Assembly: GCA_964247055.1 (NCBI GenBank)
Contig: OZ176052.1
Span: 1,116,001 to 1,180,000, forward strand
DNA from: Paragordius varius
Taxonomy: Eukaryota; Animalia; Nematomorpha
Length of the DNA: 64,000 nt
Direction: 5' to 3'
The notes below the pieces were generated by a model. That model was not told the DNA's origin. It saw only the letters and a list, made by a program, of their open reading frames with translations, and made no database searches. The position numbers and the translations under genes are program-made. Positions within the stretch are counted from its first letter, which is position 1; each line of letters begins with the position of its first letter. Positions 1 through 11,369 of the stretch are shown one piece after another.

Positions 1-365
1 GCTAAAAATTTTATCATCCAATTTGCAAAATTTGTTTTTTTCAAAACTTTTTAGTAAAAAGTTTTGTTGGTAAATCTCACTTTTGAAGACTAACCTAAAA
101 TGTTTGATATTATAAAGAAAACCATTTTAGTAGTTCCTTAATTTTTATTTTTTATCCTTGCCTATGTGATTTTTAATAATAGAATTGTTTCCACATAACC
201 TATATGAATACCATGGAGATGTATAAAATTGTCTACCGATTTAGATCTCTATTTTTCGTAATATCAAACAATACTATGATAAAAATAATCATAAAAAATT
301 ATAGCCTTACTTTTTATGTTTTGTCTTTCTTTATAAGAATAATTTATACGGCACTCCCCTTCTAG

Positions 366-1598
366 ATGATACATCAAAACAATACACCCCATTTCATTGG
401 TATGAAACGAGTAAACTCGTCACTGAGATCCAGTTTTAAAGGCTCTTTTAATAATTGTCACCCTCAGAAAAAGCATTTGCCTTCTGCTACTACCAAACTA
501 AACAACAGATTTAACGAAAGTTATTTTTATGAGATTGGTTCAATTTCTCGTTCTCTCATATCTTATCGCCAACAACGGTTAAATCAACCAACCTGTACTG
601 AACAAAGCCAAATTTTAAATCCACTTAAACTTTATCAATTACAACAAACAACAAGAAATGATGGTACAATGATAATAGGTGACAAAGAACGAGGAATTAA
701 ATTTAAAAGTGTACATACTGATTCATCTTCCATCATGTTTGGTACAATACAACGCAAAAATCCTGAAATCAAACACAATTCGACGAATTTTCACTTTAGC
801 AGTAATAAATTGAAAACTCCGGGCAATATTGAAATTCTGTCTAAAAAATTGAATTATAATCAAATTAAAACAACGGTCAATAAGAAGTCCTTAAAAGAAA
901 GTGAATTGGATAAAAATCAAAGAGAACATAAAATAATCACTGCCAAAGGGTTTATGGGGGGTAGGAAACGCATTTCGATAAATCTCAGAATACCATCTTC
1001 CCTGGTAAAAAGTATTCAAGCTAAAAAAATTATTAAAACAAGACACAATCAAAACTGCACAGATAATGAAATTCAAAAAATTTGTCCATATAAAAACGGT
1101 ATAACAACAACTCTAAGTAACAATAAAACGACGAATAATTTTTACGCTTCAAAAATACCCTTTGATTTAAAAAAGCAAATTCTGTCACCTTATAATCATA
1201 ACAAAAATAATGGTGAAATTAAAAATGTGAACAACATGTCTAAAACCTTGAACACTCCACAAAATTTTCACAATAGCACGGTGCTGGAAACTATCCATGA
1301 AGTTAGTTCTATGGCTTCTTCCTCAAACAGCAACAGTAAAAACTCAAGTAAAAATGATTCAAACAAAAATTTATTAAGTTCTTCGCATGAAAAATGCGTA
1401 GTTAACCTTATTAAAGTTTTCAATCAAACCGTAAAAGACCGCTCAACATATAAACGATGCATACTGGAATCACCAGCTAAAATATTACATAAATTTCGTA
1501 AAATATCGTCTTCACTAACAACTCCTACGAAAAAATCAAATAATAATTTACCATTAATAAATAATTCTCAATATTACATTGTTAAAACACGTCTATAA
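366..1598 (+). CDS. Uncharacterised Asn/Lys/Ser-rich low-complexity protein (410-codon ORF; probably the terminal exon of a gene starting left of the window, or a single-exon gene)
   Basis: 1.2 kb stop-free frame, unlikely by chance in DNA this AT-rich. Composition resembles the low-complexity HECTD1 exons. ATG is directly preceded by ttctag (possible acceptor at 364-365). No recognisable domain. Confidence 0.65.
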   Translation: MIHQNNTPHFIGMKRVNSSLRSSFKGSFNNCHPQKKHLPSATTKLNNRFNESYFYEIGSISRSLISYRQQRLNQPTCTEQSQILNPLKLYQLQQTTRNDGTMIIGDKERGIKFKSVHTDSSSIMFGTIQRKNPEIKHNSTNFHFSSNKLKTPGNIEILSKKLNYNQIKTTVNKKSLKESELDKNQREHKIITAKGFMGGRKRISINLRIPSSLVKSIQAKKIIKTRHNQNCTDNEIQKICPYKNGITTTLSNNKTTNNFYASKIPFDLKKQILSPYNHNKNNGEIKNVNNMSKTLNTPQNFHNSTVLETIHEVSSMASSSNSNSKNSSKNDSNKNLLSSSHEKCVVNLIKVFNQTVKDRSTYKRCILESPAKILHKFRKISSSLTTPTKKSNNNLPLINNSQYYIVKTRL

Positions 1599-2879
1599 CA
1601 TAAATATAATACTCATTTAAATCTTGTGTGGCTTCAGTTTTTTGTGTGGATATATTTTTGTACACTCTACAAGCAATTATAATTATTTTAATAAATGATT
1701 ATATTTATAATTTTATGCATAATCTTGGTTTAAGCAATTTTTTGCAAGTGTAGGTTTTTTTATATTATTTACTCCGATTATTGGCGAAAATCAAATCCCT
1801 AAAAATATTTTTAATGCATTCATTAAAGCAACAGTTAAGAAACCAGCTAAAGTTTTAAACGGGGCTAGATTTCTTTTTTCTAAAGATATATATAAATATA
1901 TATATTATAATTTAGCGCATAATAAAAATTGACTCTCTAAAGCCTGTCCTTGTATTAAATAGGCTTCCAAAAATTAATTTTAAACAATATTATGCAAAAA
2001 AACGAATAACTCATTAAATCTGAAATCCCCAATGTTTTCAACTCTTTTCCCCCAAAACGCAAAAATAAAAATTTTAAGTGATCATGTGAGTCGCATTAAA
2101 TAAAAAAATAATTCGCATGTTAAGCGTGAATACGTAAAAAAACTTGTAAATCTCAAAAATGTAATTTATTAAAGTGTGTCCTATTGGTATTTTTATATAT
2201 AATCTATTCGCGTTTATCAAAGCAATTTTCCCCCCAAAAAAGTAAGTATCTAAACCGATTATAGCTAAAACTTGTTCCACCCTACCCCGTGTAAAAAAGT
2301 TAAGGCTTTAAAATTGGCCTTATTCATATTCAATAGGAATTTTGAAAAGTTAAAATATTAATATCGAAAAATGAGAAAAGCGTGCTAAAATATTAATATC
2401 AAAATCTGATTACCAACAAAATAATTTGCCCCTGTTTTTAAAAACCTTTTATCATTGCAAAAAATTATTTTGATTCAATAATTGTTTGCTAAGGGTGTGG
2501 GACAGTGAAATATATCAAATATGTCATCAATTTTGTCCGTAACTATATAACTCTGTTTTAAAAATATCAAACAAAATAGTTTTTAAAACCATTTATTGAA
2601 TCTAATCAATATGTATAATTAATTTTTATATTATATCATATAAGTTTTAATAATATCATTACTAATAATATAAATTTTATAAATGAATACAGACAGATAT
2701 GATATATATTGCAAATAAAAAAGGGAATGAAAAGGATATTAATAATTTAGTTTTACCAATACTAACTATATATATATATATATATAAAAGCATATCTATA
2801 AAGTAACATATTTATGATAAGTTAAATTAAATAATATGTTGTTTTCAATTCCTGGGAAAAATAAAAAGAAACGAAAGGA

Positions 2880-5800
2880 TTAATTGAGATGAAATCCGGT
2901 CTGTTTTAAAGCTGCGATCAAACGTTCTCGCATTATAGAACAGTTACTGTAATCGGGGAGTTTGAGATAATGTACACATGTATTAACGGATGGATATAAT
3001 CTAAAATATAAATAAATAATTTGAACAAAATATTTATCACATAAAGTGTATGAAATTTCCTGATTATATCATGACCCTTTTTTTAAAATTAATATTTAAA
3101 TATTTAGTTTTTCAATATTCCATTTTGAGAATATGCACAAAAATAAAATATTTTTTATAAATTGTTTAACTCAATAAACGAATAAAACTTAAAAAATTAG
3201 AACCTTTGCAACAATGATTTGATTTAATTCCTTTATTAGCGCCTTTTTAATAAAAAAAGCTTATAAAGAGAGTAAATTTTTATAAGGAGGAGAGAGTGTA
3301 CTGTATAGAGGCATGAAATAATATTACTTCATTTTTTTAACATTCAAAACAAAAACAAAATGGATTTTACCCATTAATTAAAATGGATTTAACCTATAAT
3401 GATTTCACTCAATAATCAAATTGATAATTCATTCTAACTCGAAATCTTAGATTATAAAGGAAAAAAACTCACTTATCAATCGTATCTTGGGTATATTTCT
3501 GTGGTGCAGTAGTAAAACCTAAAGTATGGTTAGCTTTAGAGTTAGGAGTTATTTCAAAATTTTCATCAACATCATCAAGATCAGGGTTAGTTTCAAGCAC
3601 TTTTTTAACTATCGTGAGGGGTGGTTTAAGGTTAGCCAGCCCACCAGGGGGTAACGTTGAAGTCCCTGTGGCAAAACGGAGAAAAGCTTTGCGTTCTTCA
3701 CAATTCATGTCAGTTAAAACACGAGCAAACATAAGGAAAGCCGGACTATATATATTACAAATGGTTATTATACCATTTACAGTTCAAATTCACCCTTGAA
3801 CAATTCAAATTCACCCTTGACAATTCAAATTCACCCTAGAACAATTCAAATTCACCTTTAAACAATTAAAATTCACCCTAAAAATAAATTATGTGTTTTC
3901 GAACTAATATAACTGAATATTAATATGAAATATACGTTTATGGTATAGTTTATAATTTTTTCAGTATAATTTTAATTTAGAACAAAATATTTATTTTTAA
4001 AAAATATATAAAATATAGGTAATTTTAAATCTTAAAAAACATATATTTTATTTTAGGGTGAATTTAAATTGTTCGAGGGTGAATTTGAATTGTTCGAGGG
4101 TGAATTTGAATTGTTCAAGGGTGAATTTGAACTGTAAATGGTATATATTACAAATGGTTATTTTATATATAGTACTCTAAGTTACAAATCAATATTAGAC
4201 TAATTTGATTAATATTATTATGCTTCGTTTAAAAATGTATAGTATATGTATTTATTTATCTAAACTACTTTTGTTACCAATTATATTTAAAAACGTAATG
4301 AAATTAATATTTGTAATATTCGATTGTGTACAAATATATTTTTTTAAAACAAAATAAGTTGTGACATATAAAAAATAAAAGTTTATACACGTCTACAATT
4401 CATTCTTAAAGCAAATTTAAAAAACTTTATTAATGGTAAATATTTTCCCCCATTCCTAATGTTAAACAAATTATTCTACCAAATATTAATTTGTTGCAAA
4501 TCAGAAATAAATTAATTACAAACCTATCTTTGGTGTAACCGAGTTTAGGTAGAGCGTATTTAAGGACATCATCAATGTTCCATTGAGGCATTTGTTCACC
4601 ACAAAGCATAAGTTTTAGTTCGGAGGCCGTAAACGCAGAAAGTGTTTTAAGGGGAAAAACTTTGTCGAAACCCACTATATATAAAAAATTTAGTAACCAT
4701 TTTAAAATTTTGTGTGTTAAAATTAAAAAAACAATAATATTTGATATTTAAAGTTAAATTTGGTCTTTGCATTTAATATGAATTATATATGATACGATTC
4801 TTAAGGCCCGAAGGCAAATAATCTTTAAGATTTTATCAAATTTATAAATTATAAAATACAAAAATTATGTAAAACCACCATTTTAAATTTTCGGTGTTAA
4901 AATTAAAAAGACAAAAACATAAAATAAAACATTAACATATGATATTATAAAATTAAATTTGATTTTTGATTTTAATATGAATTATATATGATTATGATGA
5001 AGGCGCAAAGGCAAAAAACTTAAATTATCAAAACCCATTAGATAAAAAATAAAAAATATGTAACCATTTCAAAATTTTTTAATAAAATAAAAAAGACAAA
5101 AACATAAAAAAATTACTCTATTATTTTATAACAAAAAATCAATATATTTTGATATTTGAAAACTGGGGGAAAGGTAACCAATTTTTACATCGCTATTTCT
5201 TATTTCACAATACCCAAAAAGATGATAGATTACAATAAAAAATACTCAAGAAGTTTTATATGGTTCTATAAAAATAGCCGTTAAATTTTGTGCATTTATA
5301 ATTTTAATTTTTGCTGTTTAAAATCATTTTTGAGCATTTTATCTTAACAAATTTTTAGTTTCAAAAAAAAGTTTGTGTTTACATACTTTTAAATGCATTC
5401 ATTTGCGCACTAACGCCAGTGTTAAGATGAAATCGTGTCATAAGTTCAATATATTCCTCCAAATTGTGTAATGAAACAATCTATAGAAAAATAAATTATT
5501 ATTATTATTATGCATAAAAATTAACCCAAAATTTCAATTTTTAAGGTAAATTAAATTAAAAAGTGTTATAGTTTCAATAAAACTATAAATTTTAAGGATA
5601 AAATCCATTTATGTACTAAAAAGTGAATTACCATATCTTCAGCGTGTGGGAGCAAATCGTGATGAGCGTAACCGTATATGTTTGATGGTGGATTGTATTG
5701 AAAATTTAAACTATACACACACACGTATAAAAAATTGTCAAATTTTTTCCTTATATCTTATTACGTTTTTTTCAAAAAAAAATTAATAATACCAAAATTA

Positions 5801-8800
5801 TTTTAATATATATATTTTATCTAGCGATATATTTTAACAATTTATGCAGATACAGTAATATCGTATAAAACGACAAATGATATATTTTAACAATCCTTAT
5901 TTTTAATTTAGATTTTTTGTTTAACACTTACTTACAGGTTACTTTAAATTTCAATCAAAATTGAAATTACATCTCATGAATTATTAGTCAAAATTATATT
6001 TAGATATCTATATATAATAAAATTTCTATTTACCACAAGTCTTCAAGCGCAATTTTATGAGTATTAATATTGACAATATCATCATTAGGATCGTAGGTAT
6101 GTGAATTTTCTTGCATAGGAATTTCCAATTTCAATTCACTGAGTGCAATACATTTTTGCGTTTCAGACATAAATTTATCACAAAGAATGGCCAGTTTTTG
6201 CAGCGCTAATCGTTTAAGACAATCCAAGATTTTGGCTCTGAGTGGGTCAATATCATACAAATCGTGTGGGCTTAATATACCCTCAAGATCCCAGCAATAC
6301 TCATTTTTATCGTTATTACTCTTTGGATGATATTCCTAAACAGCAATAGAAAAATGAGATAAATACGCTACACAAAACAAATCAATCTTGTTGGGTCAAA
6401 ATATATGGACTTGTAAAATAAAGTTAGTTTTATATTTAAAAATCAAGAGGACAACATAAAGTTAGTTAGTTTACTTTTATATAAAATTTATTGGTTATTA
6501 ATAGATAGTACCATTTAAACTACAAATTCACCCCTGAAAAATTTAAATTCACCCCTGAAAAATCTAAATTCACTCTAAAATTAATTGTGTTTTTTAAGAT
6601 CAAAAATTACCTATTTTTTTATATTTTTAAAATACACCAAGCTACAAAGATATATTTCATATCAATAATGAGTTAAATTAGCCCGAAAACACATAATTTA
6701 TATTAGGGTAAATTTGAATTGTTTAAGGGTGAATTTGAATTGTAAGTGGTATATTATTGGTTATAAGGCTATTTTAATTAATTAATCAAGTTAAAATTTT
6801 AAGTATATGAGCACAAGGATAATTTTTTGGTTTTCTTGCATTTTTACAGAAGCAAAAAATTAACATTAAATATAAGATAATTAATAAGATATACAAAGGA
6901 AAAACACCAAACACACGAATGTACTTACCAAAAACCATAAATCACTATTTTTTTTCATTATGCAATATGGTCATTTAAATTAGTATCCTTTTGTGAGTTT
7001 TTTCGCTTTAATTTTTTCCTTAATAGTATTTCAAAAAGGTTTGTTGCAAATTTTTTTGGTTTAATCAAATGTTTGGCTTATAAATCAATATACTATGTAA
7101 AAAATCTCCAAAAAAATGAAAAAAAGATGGAACAAAATTGTACATACTTTATGTTGTTCATTAGCAGATCTATCCTCCATTGTTTCATGGCAATACATGT
7201 ATGCGAAATTGATTGGATTTATAGGGAAACTAAAGTTGCGTAAAAAGATTTTACACGCATATGATATATCATTTTTATAGTCGGATCCCGTTAATAAAAA
7301 AAATTAATTCTATAAATAGCTTAAAAACTATCCCTACCCTTGTTGATATAAGGCTTGACGAGTAAGACCTCTGTCGCTATAAAATTCATTTTTCCGCGTT
7401 TTAGTAACGATCGACGCGTTGGTAGTTTTAAGAGATTTTTTAGCATCGACAGCCATGTTAAATTGATCATTTTGCGTATTTTCATCTTGGTCCTCATAAC
7501 TACAATCAAAACAGTACTGTCCACCATCATCATAGAAATCATTAATATCATTCATATCGCGACAAGTTTTTCGGTTTTTTCGTTTTTGTTGTCGATAAAT
7601 ATATCGAATTTTTTTGTGTAAACATCCAACCACGTTCGCGGTTAATTTTGTTTCTCCTTCTTCTGTTAAAGCGTCGTCAATACATTGTGAGGGCATCATT
7701 AGAGATTTTTTATTATGTTGGCTGTCCTGATAAAATTGCAGCCTATTTATATCCTCACACGGGTTAATTGATTCGGGGCGCACAATTTCTTGCATCTCCT
7801 CGTGGATAATAAATGGTGGTTGCCGGTGGCAACCGTCAATATTGGTTTCCATGGTAACGTCCTCATCGCCAAAATTGTCGCTTGAGTAGTAAACAGCTGA
7901 TGGCTCTTGTTCATTTTCTTCTTGTTGAGGTAAACCAACGGGTTGTTCTTCAGCTAATGTAATAATTTAGAGGATTTATTAGGTTTGTTGTTTTGTAAAT
8001 TAAGGATATTAATAACCGATAAACTTACCATATAAAATTAGTCAAAAATAAAATTGATTAAAAATAATGATATAATAATTTAAAAGGATTTATTAATATG
8101 ATTTTACAACATTCGCACAAATTATATAATTAAAACAAATTATCGTTTTTAGTTAAATAAATATAATAATGTTAACACAAACCCAGTCAGCATTTATATT
8201 CAAGAGATAGATCCTATATTCTGATTTTACTAATATTCGATTGTTTAACTTTAAAGTCAAGACCATTATAAAATACCGATTTTTAACTATCTAAAATTTA
8301 TTTTCCACAAGATCTAACTAAAAAAAGTTTCATTAAAAAGATTGGATTCTTGAAACTAAATTAATACTTAGAAAGTTTCCATGGTAGAAAACGAATAATA
8401 TACACACACCCTAGTATTTCAACAAATTTTTAAATTTTGATGATAATATGGCATTAAAAAACCAATTTTCACAATAACTATTGTATCATAATTCTTACCA
8501 TAAATCTCTTCACCATACACGGCATACGTTGAATCAAACAAGGAACATTCATTATCACTTTCTCGTTCGTGGTGTCGTTCCATATTAATTTGTTGTTCGA
8601 TCAAATCATCATCACTACTCATGACAATGTTTGATGTTTCATTACAATCAATGTAAGTATTATCAAATAATTCCTCGTTTTGAAGTGTTCTGATTGAATA
8701 TTCCTTGTTTTTAGAACTAAAAGTTTGATGTGAAGATAGAACAGACATATCGTGTCGAATTGATCGAATTAGGGTAATATCTTTCGTTTCTATACATTTA

Positions 8801-11369
8801 GTTTTATATATATATATATATATATAACTATGAAAGGAAACTTATATTTTCCCGTATTATAAAACATGCATTGTTTTAGCAATGAAATGATTATTATAAA
8901 ATCTAAACATTATATAATACGGTAGTATGCATTTTAAAGGTTGCTTATTTTACACTATAGTAGGGCAATTTGCAACACAGGAATGTATGGAAAAAGAAAG
9001 GTAAAATTGTTTATTCAATATTTTGTTGTTTTTTCCATACACTATTGTGTGTTGCAAATTGCCCTACTATAGTGTGAATTAAGCAACCAAAAGTGCATGT
9101 ATATTTAAGTTGCGTTTAAATCGATATTAGTTAAGATTATTACGATGATGTTTTAATTTGTTTAAAATGATTCTTTCACGCCATAATTTGTTCAAAAACT
9201 ATTTTGGGAATTCTTAAGTGTCTATTAAAATTCAAAACTGTTCTTATTATAAATTTATCATCCATACAAATAAAATAATAATATTATTATAATTATTTGG
9301 AAGAAATTATATAAAATGATTTATTTAAAATTCAAGAATTAAAAATGATATACTTATTTGCGAGGTGGTCACCGTATTAGTTTCTCGGCAATTCGTGATA
9401 AGCTTGAAGAAAGCTGGTGAAAAGGGGAGATCCAAATATCGTTTATCTTGTAAGGCTTTTGCAATCAAACACCCAAGGAATACGAAATAATTTAGGGTTT
9501 GTGCACTTGCTATAAAACATTCAAATTATTATAATATATATACCATTTAACAATTTAAACTCACCCTTTAACAATTCAAATCATTCTTGAACAATTCATA
9601 TTCACCCTTTAACAAATTCACCCTTGAACAATTTAAACTCACCCTCGTGCAATTCAAATTCACCCTTGAACAAATAAATTATGTGGTTTCGAACTAATAT
9701 AACTAATTATTAATATGTAATATATCTTTATGTAAGAGTTTATTATTTTTTCCGTTATATTTTAATTTTAAACAAAATTTTAATGTTTAAAAATATAAAC
9801 ACTTATTTAATTTTAGGATGAATTCGAATTGTTCGAAGATTTGAATTGTTTAAGGGTGAATTTGAATTCTTGGTATATGTATTTATCATTATAAAGTGGA
9901 TAAAAGAAGCTTAAATTAAATTTAAACAGTAAAATTTGTAAGAAGGAATTAAACAATATATATACAATTTTATCTTACCGAAATTTGGCCTTAAAAAATA
10001 CAAAATGTTTCATCGTAAATATTTAATAAAAATAATTTTAATTTTTTACAAAACTTGACTCCATTGCAGGTAAAAAAACGGTGAGGGCCCAATAATTTTA
10101 ACCCTAAAAACTTATAAAATTTCTACAAAAAAAGTTTCCGTAAAAATTTTAAACTCACCTTTAGGATAAGGTGCTGGGAAAAGACCAGTATTCCATTCTA
10201 CGTATTCAGCACTAACTTCTTTATCAGCCATCTCATTATTCGCGTGTTCCGTGTTTTCGTTCATATTAGCGTTATTATGATGATGATTGGTAGTTAACCA
10301 AAGTCCATACTTTTTCTTAAGCAGTTCCCCAGCTACCAAAGAATAAAATTCAAGCGAAGGACCTAATCCGGTTCCTTCTTCACCCAAAAATTGAATCTGC
10401 ACAAAAGAATAGTTTGCGAAAATTAGATGGGAAAATAATTAATCATATAAGATGGATACTTTTATATATCGTAATAGTATAAAATTGTGCTATATATATA
10501 TAATAGTATGAATGGTTGCTTATTTCACAACACTATGGTTGGGCAATTTGCAACACGCAGGAGAGTGTATATGGAAAAATGAAAGGATATAATTGTTTAT
10601 TCAACACTTTGTTTGTTTTTTTCCATACACTACTGTGTTACAAATTTCTCTGGTATAGTGTGAAATAAGCAACCATTAAAATGCATACTGTATATATATA
10701 TATATATATATGCATAATTAATTGGATTCAATTTATATAGAATTAATAGACAATTATATAAAATCAAACGATAATTGATAGGTGACTTCACCACACGTAC
10801 AAAAATATATTTTCTACAAATAATAGTAGGAATTGCGCAATAAAATTAAACATAATTATTTTATAAAGCTATCACATATCTACATATCCATAAAATATGG
10901 TAATATGTATTTAATATAAAGACAAACTGAAATGAATTAAAACTCTATAATCTTAATTTTAACAAAAATACTGAGAAATTATATATTATTGGGCACAAAA
11001 TACAAATTATCAGTTTAACACTATCTTGAAAAATTGAAATTTCATGCACTGCACTATTATAATGATAAAAAATATTCATTCTCAATGCTATAAAAAAATT
11101 AGATCGATTAAAATTTAACTTTGTTTGAAAAATTTAGCATTTTACAGTATAAAAACACAAAATAAAAAATGTAAATTACTTCGAGTATACTCTTTTTAGC
11201 TTGGTGATACAATAGTACACGCAGGGCCCAAAGGAAAAATGTATCGCTACACTGGCGAGGTATTTTAACACGATCATGTTTAAGGCGAGACTTTATAGCT
11301 AATTGACGGGATCGTTCGATCGTGGGATTAAGGGAGGCATCAAAATGTTCCTGTAACCATACGAGCGAT
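2880..11369 (-). CDS. HECTD1: HECTD1 HECT domain exons 45-56 (catalytic Cys codon TGT at 2976-2978)
   Basis: Motifs [87 protein letters not shown]. Confidence 0.95.

Noticed and set aside
2074-2280. 68-aa minus-strand ORF downstream of HECTD1
   Set aside because: Non-ATG start, composition of AT-rich non-coding DNA, no splice or homology support.
3783-3850. GAA/TTC motifs in the 21-bp unit as heat-shock or STAT elements
   Set aside because: Spacing is GAA-N3-TTC, not the HSE GAA-N2-TTC, and orientation is opposite to the STAT TTC-N3-GAA site.
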